Below are positions 57,122 to 64,000 of a stretch of 64,000 bases of DNA, in pieces. The stretch comes from Podarcis bocagei. Its lineage: Eukaryota. Within the stretch, counting starts at the first letter, position 1. Every line of letters begins with the position of its first letter. Where the stretch lies: assembly GCA_964188305.1 (NCBI GenBank), contig OZ076898.1; one strand, given 5' to 3'. The notes beneath the pieces were generated by a model. The model was not told where the DNA came from. It saw nothing but the letters and a program-made list of their open reading frames with translations, and made no database searches. Made by a program: the position numbers and the translations under genes.

Positions 57122-58609
57122 CTAAGGAAGAAATGAAACCGTTCTCAGGGAAGATTCGGGCTGTGATTGTGCTTCTTGATTGATTCAGGCCCTGCAGTCT
57201 CAAGCTTACAACACCAGACTCATTGGCCACATTCTCACATGACGATAAACCGGACCTCCTGGCCACCACACCACTACCTTAAAATGCCTAAATTAGCTGG
57301 CTGTTGTGATACCCTCTGATCTTCCGCTCACGCCAGCAATCTGTGCTGGAATGTAAACAGACATGTGACATGTAACAATCCACATATCTGCAGCAAAGGG
57401 TGGAATGGAATTCCCAACAGGCACCACCATTATCCTGTTCTGCTGGGGAAAGTTGCAATGATTACCAGAGCCTCTTCTAGCCGCAGAATTACACCGGCTA
57501 CCAATTCAGCTACTGAGTGTAAGAAGGGCGTGCTGGATCAGGCCAATGGCCCATCTAATCCAGCATCCTGTTCTCACAGTGGCCAACCAGATGCCTATGG
57601 GAAACCAGCCAGCAGGATCTGATCACAAGAGCCCTCTCCTGTCCTGCGCTTTCCAGAACTGGTAGTCAAAAGCACTGCTGCCTCTGACTGTGGCTGCAGA
57701 GCAGAGCCATTGTGGATAGCAGCTGTTGCTGATAACCCCAACACGGCCTCTCGGTTTGAGATTGGGGAATTAAAAGTGGGGAGACTCACAAAGGCTTTTG
57801 CAGGGCTCTTTCCTTTTCAGTCCCCATCCTATTCTGATTTTTATAGGGGTGGGAGAATACAAGAGAAACGTCGCTGTTGAATTTGCTTGCAAAATTCAGC
57901 TTTCGTTCTCCCTTCCTGGTCAAGTGGCATTGAAAGGAGAAAAATAAAAGAGCACCGGCAACAGATCCTGTCCTAGACGGCTTGGCAAAAGTGTGTTTGA
58001 ATCAGCCCTCTTTTAAGGAAACAAATAAAATGATCATGGGTTGTGGCCAATGAAAACCAATTCAGAATAAGTCTGTTTGAAACCATTGGACCTAATTTAG
58101 CCATGGCTATCCTAGGACTTGCCGATAGCATGGTCGGCGGTTCGAATCCCCGCGGCGGGTTGCACTCCCGTCGTTCGGTCCCAGCGCCTCCCAACCTAGC
58201 AGTTCGAAAGCACCCCCGGGTGCAAGTAGATAAATAGGGACCGCTTACCAGCGGGAAGGTAAACGGCGTTCTGTGTGTTGCGCTGGCTCGCCAGATGCAG
58301 CTTGTCATGCTGGCCACGTGACCCGGAAGTGTCTGCGGACAGTGCTGGCTCCCGGCCTATAGAGTGAGATGAGCGCACAACCCTAGAGTCTGGCAAGACT
58401 GGCCCGTATGGGCAGGGGTACCTTTACCTTTTTATCCATTTAAATAACTCTACTTTGCATAGAACTAACATCATAGTTTCAGATGTACACAAACAAAATT
58501 CACTTTGGTCCTTCCATTTGGTTTCATTGCTTATTTTATTGAAATCAGCCAAAATGTCCACTACAGGAATGTTATGGAGAAAATATCAATCGGTAGCAGA
58601 AGGATGTTC

Positions 58610-59570
58610 CTACAACTCTGTGCGGAAGACCAGGCTGCTATCCCCTAACAACCGTAGACAGGCATCATCAAACCGCTTACTTTGTGCCGCTGTGAAGTGC
58701 TCTTTCCAGTCTCCTACGGTGCCTATAGACAGGAGACACAATTCAGACAAAACTTCCAGTTAGTCACCTTTCCTCCTACTCTAATCTAGTGTGTTCCTAT
58801 TTTCATGGAACCCTCTCTTCCATATTAGCTTGTCTATCATTTCCTTCAAGGTCTCCCACAGAATCCCAGCTGGATTGCAGAGGTTTCCGGGAAGTTTCCT
58901 AGGGTAAACACTCATTTTTTATCAGGCATCATCACTGTCTTCCTAAAACAGATATTATGATCTATCTAGAGCACACACTGCATGACAATCTTGGGTTTCA
59001 TCTCCATGTCAGTGCTGCTAAAGCATTACTTTCCTCCAGTCCTCTGGAAGCTGACAAAAACAAGTTTTCCCACACCACTGCTTATATTGTCCATCAGTGT
59101 CCATCCAAATGACCAATATCATACTATAGGAAGCAAGTCCAATTCAGAAAAGTCTCTTGCACCTTTAATTAGATGCTTCCTCACAGTGGAGATGCAAGTT
59201 TATTGAACTGACCCTTAATTATTCTATTATTATGTGGTACATCAATAACACTGCTGCAATTCTGAAACTGAAAGTGTTTGCTCCCTGAACGCTTTCACCA
59301 TCACCCCAGTACCACAATTCCCCTCTTCTCTCCGATGTGAGCTGGAACTCAGCATCTAATCCCCACCACCACCACCACCAACAACATACCTTTTCGCATG
59401 AAGGGTGACACAGTTTGGTCAAAGATCAAAGACGGAACGGAGCTGTAGTTAGTCATTGGGTTTACTTTCATGCTCTCAAACATTGTATGCTGCACAATCT
59501 GGTTCACCACTTGATCAGGGAGTTGTAGGCTCAGAAATTGGGCTACTTTCCGGATTTCCCGGGCCGGGTC
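58610..59570 (-). CDS. cytosolic sulfotransferase, SULT1 family (copy D), last two coding exons; 5' part presumably beyond the window
   Basis: Exons 59570-59390 (181 nt) and 58722-58610 (113 nt, TAG), in frame and near-identical to copy C. Confidence 0.85.
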
Positions 59571-59897
59571 CTAAGGAAGAGACGAAACTGTTGTCAGGGA
59601 AGATTTGGGCTGTAATTGTGCTTCTTGATTGATTGGGGCCCACAACTGCAAGCTTACGATATCAGACTCATTGGCCACATTCTCACAGGAAAATTAAACA
59701 GATCTCCTAGTTTTTTGTGGTTTACTGTAACTGAGCAGCATAAGATACACTGCCCAATAACTCACCATTCCGTAATTCTTTGACAGAGATAAATAAATGT
59801 GTAGGCCTTGGCTTCCCATTATGGCTAAAGCAGGCACTGTGATTTTTTTGCTCCATAACTGGGCACATGACCAGCAAGCCAACAGTGGCTGGTGATC

Positions 59898-61721
59898 GGG
59901 AACTTCCGGGTTGGCGCGATTTGGAAATGGCGGATTCCCTCCGAGCTGCGGAGGGAATCGGCTCAACCGAGGACGGGTCTTTGCCGCGCCGGCGACGCGG
60001 GGACCCTTAAAAACCGCAGGCGCAGAAGCCTGCGGACTGAAGACTCGGCGGGTGCCTTAAGCGCCCCCCCAATCCACGAAGAGCCTTTTTAAAGGCTGCG
60101 GAGAGGATACGGAGGGCGGCGTGGCACTGAGAGTCGATCGCTACCTCGGTGGAGTGAAGCCGCGAGCCATGACCGGAGAGCGCTGACTTCCTTCCTTGAA
60201 ATTTGGACTGAAAAGAAAGAACCCGTGAGTAAGACGGAATTGGATTTTAAAAACATTACCCTGAATTGGAGATGACCGGGGGGGGTGCTAAAAGGAAGTC
60301 CGCACACCCCCCCTTGCAGACGATCTAAGCAACGACAAAGCGCTAAGCTGGAGAGCCTACCCTTGGAGGGGTGAGTTAAAAAGGACACTAACTTCCAAGA
60401 TTTAGCTAAAAGAAATTTTGAGCCGGAGAGTGGAGACTGGGAAGCCTTCTTTTTTGCTTTAAACAACCCCCCCTCCCGGGCCCGGGAGCGTCCTGTCTCT
60501 GTGCCTGTGTAAGAGCTGCGGAGTTTGACAGCTGTCAAAGCTGTCAAACGGGCAGTTTAGAGCGGAAAAATTGCTATTTAAGATCCCTTTGGACTAAGAT
60601 GAGCTACAATTGAACCAAGATTGTTGGAAACAAAGTAATAAAAATAAGTTAAAGGATTGTTGGAGAAAAGACTAATAAGTAACCAGATTCCCCCTAGGGG
60701 GAACTCTGTGAAACTACAATGGCTACAATGGCTGTGGATGGAAAGTTACTAGTGGAAATCGAAAGGATGTTTCAATTGGTGGGAATTCTACAAGAGCAGA
60801 GCTTAGCTATGAATAAACAACTTATGACCTTGACTTCTGGAATAGGCAGCTCTGCTGTATGTATTGAGGACCTGAATGAGAAAGAATCCACAGCTGAATG
60901 GGAACTGATATCTGAAGAGGTGGAAGAGACTAAACAAGAAAAAGAGAAAGTAAAGCTGGGAAGTAACAACCAAAAGCCGACATCTGTGGAATACAAGCAA
61001 GGAGACTTTTGGATTATATCTACCACAAGTCTGCGAAAGATGAAGAAGATGAAGGAGGAGGTCCCGGGAGTTTATGGAACACAGGAACTTAAAACAAAGA
61101 AATATGATTGGGGCCTCCATTCTGACTTTGACTTTGAAGATGCAGGATCTGTGGAAATTTTTCAGCAGTGGCTTTCAAATGTCCTTGTGGGAAGAGAATA
61201 TGGTTTGATGGCGAAATAACTTTTTCCAAACTTGATGACTGACATAAAGGACTACCAACAAGACCGGCGGAGAGGGACTGAAAGAGACTTGAAAGCCTCG
61301 GACGTGAGGAACCCAGGCTAAGAACTGCTATTCTGGATATGTATTGGGAAGGGACAAAAACCGGGGATGGGAGGGAGGGAAGAAGAGAATATTAAAAACA
61401 CTCAAGACCTTTAGGTTTAGTTAATATGATTTTTAATTAAGACAAAATGAGAAATCGATGGAAGAGAACTTGAGTCCAACTTAGGAAAAATCTATATTTC
61501 TTTATAAAAAAGGTAATAAGATGGTTAAGAGGAGAAACACCAATTTGCTGACACAATTTTGGGAATTGGGATGCACGAGGGGGGGTGGGGGGAAGTCAGG
61601 GAATAGGGTTAGGAAACTAGGATTTTCTGAATTTATACATGTTCTTGTCTTGTGTCTTTTTTTTGTGTGTTTTGTCTTTATAAAAGTGGAAAAACCAATA
61701 AAAAATTTTATTTAAAAAAAA
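59898..61721 (+). mobile_element. non-autonomous poly(A) retroelement without RT (HAL1-like / deleted L1 derivative)
   Basis: 17-bp TSD AACAGTGGCTGGTGATC at 59881-59897 and 61722-61738; empty site at 50058-50074. CpG-rich 5' end, one 166-aa ORF at 60719-61219, AATAAA plus A-tail. Confidence 0.85.
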
Positions 61722-64000
61722 AACAGTGGCTGGTGATCATAGCCTGGCAGGGAGCTACGAACCATGATCACAGTAGGCATCCTGCTTTGGTTTCTCACTT
61801 GTGCTAGGAAAGCAGAAATAGCTGAGCAGTATGTGTGGGATGCCCAGCCTCATATAACCAACATGCTTAACTAATTAATGCATGAAAGGGTTAAGACCAT
61901 AGAGTAAGCAGTCCTGCCAGGCTTAGCTAGGTCACCAAACTCCTTGTTGTTCCTTTCCACCATGTGAACCCTACCAGTAAGGAGATCTAAGCTGGATGCT
62001 CCAAGCTTAGACCGTGTGGTTTAAGCAAGCCATATTTGTGTTTCTATACAAATGATTTGGAAATATTTACCATTTGGGAACCTGAGTTATACTTCCTGTC
62101 TTTTTCTTGCTGCTGAATGGAAAAGCACATGAATCAGACCTTCGAATAGTTTGTAAGTAAACCATTTTTAACTTACGAAACATGTGGTCTCTTTCTATAC
62201 TAAGAGAGGTTGTGAACTTTGGAAGTAATTTAGAAAGGTATATTTCAAGGTCTAACAGCCTATATCTCCATGCATTATTTTGCTGCATATTTTAAATCTC
62301 TGCTGGGGAACTCTCACCAAAGAGTACTTGTCCCAAACCTGGATCTAGGCATCCTGGAATTCTTCTATAAAATTATACCCTATATCTATCTATTCTTTTC
62401 CCAAAGCCAACGGTGTGCACCAGCAGACTGCTCAAGCATGCCAAACCACAATAAATCAGGAGCTGTGCTCTGCAAATGCAGCAATTGCTTGGAGCAGTTT
62501 AGCAACAGAGTGCTTTCATGGCTGAAAACACTACATACTGGGGAATGCCCAGGGAGCATATCCAACTAGATGAGCAGCCTTCTAGATGAAGTGCCTTCTA
62601 ACACTGAAATTTTATTATTGTCTTTCAAGGACAGCAGCTGACTAATCCTTCTCCTCACCTGCCTTACCCTCCAACCCTCAATTCTACGTTGGTTGGATGG
62701 ATTCTTATCCTTCAGTTTCTCTTCATCTCCTTTATTGAAATGCTTTGTGTTTATTTCTGAAGCTCTTTGTGACTGCCTGGTTTGCGTTATAGCCAGACAT
62801 GCATGCTAATTAGACATTGGGGCCCTCAGAAATTACATTTTAGAGGGAACTGTAACAGCTGTTCTTTTCACATGGGGGACCAGAGGCCTAGTTTTAAAGC
62901 ACTTTGGGATCCTATTTCATGGAATTGTGTGAAGTTCTGAAATGACAATAAGAAACTGGGGCTGCTTAATTCTCCGAGGGCGGGGAGGAATGTGTGGTGA
63001 GTTTAAGCCAAGCTGGCTGCAGATTCAGATAGTTAATTTCCTCCAGTCTTCTTCAAGGTCCTCGGCTCGGCTGCATTGCTGAGAGGGGGAAGTGAATCAA
63101 ATCAGCCCTGGGTCACTTCTTGCTTTATCCCCACAGAGTTCGGCAGAAGAAGAAAGTTCTGCTGAGGCATCTGTTCATAGTCTGCATTTTAATCAAGGCT
63201 TATATTTTGATCAGATACCTGTATTCTAAAAATGAGCTTAAAATATATATTTTTAAATGCCAGGCAGCATCTCTCATGCCAGGCAGCTGAGTACATCGGC
63301 AGATGTGCTCATCTTAAACAGGGCCCCTCTGACAGAGCCTCAGGGTTGCAAAAGGAAATTACAGGCTAGGAGCAAAAGGTCACACTGAGCATACAAAATT
63401 ACAGAATACAATTAAGCTATAAAACACAATTATTATGCCTCCCATTAGAGACTTGAGCCAAAGGGTAAATTGAAGAAGTTGCTTTTAGAACAGCAGCTGT
63501 TTCAGCAGCAAAAGGGGGGCTGTAAACTAAGAGGCTTCTCTCTGAAGTTGCTTTTGGAAACTGGTTTTCTCTAAGTTACTTTTCTTCTTAAGATCTATAT
63601 ATGTTCTGTATTGAGTATATTGGCTTGAATGTAATTATGCAAAGGATTTAGAAAATAAGAAATGTTAGATTCTTATGTTAGATTATTATTTCATAGAATC
63701 ATACAATCATAGAGTTGGAAGAGACCACAGACCCCTGCCAAGCAGGAAACACAATCAGAGCACTCCTGACATATGGTTGTCAGCCTCTGCTTAAAGACCT
63801 CCAAAGAAGGAGCTCTTTCATAGATGGTGTGTGAAAAGGTGAACAAAAGATCAGATAAAAATTAGAACCATTAGCCATCTGTTTTGCAGGGAATAGGGAA
63901 AGAGGGGCCAAAGGTTATCTGGTAATTAAGGTGCCTTGTCGAGGTTAATGGCTACTTGTTTGCCATTTATAAATAGAAGAAAATATAGCTCTCTGTCTCC

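Larger units (their letters stand above)
57271..63163 (+). repeat. segmental duplication, copy 2 (paralogous to 46952-51522)
   Basis: As copy 1, minus the MITE and plus the 1.8-kb retroelement. Confidence 0.95.

Overview
Eukaryotic genomic DNA from a squamate reptile, probably a lizard (Sauria SINEs, BovB, CR1, L2, L1, and hAT and Tc1/mariner MITEs). Genes, hand-spliced from GT-AG boundaries with reading frames checked: SGF29 (minus strand, 8 coding exons, last exon off the left edge); NUPR1 (plus strand, divergent from SGF29, 81 aa); an unnamed 12-exon, 453-aa minus-strand gene encoding an EHD/dynamin-like P-loop NTPase with two C-terminal hydrophobic segments instead of an EH domain; and a tandem cytosolic sulfotransferase (SULT1) array on the minus strand (three complete 7-coding-exon genes, the 3' end of a fourth, and one orphan exon). 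Best candidates for something new: (1) the putative membrane-anchored EHD-like NTPase; (2) a 2.35-kb hAT-type element with an 8-bp TSD carrying CpG-island/promoter-like cargo between SGF29 and NUPR1; (3) a 1.8-kb RT-less, poly(A)-tailed retroelement with a 17-bp TSD whose empty site is visible in a paralogous duplicon. Homology statements come from recalled family motifs, not database searches.
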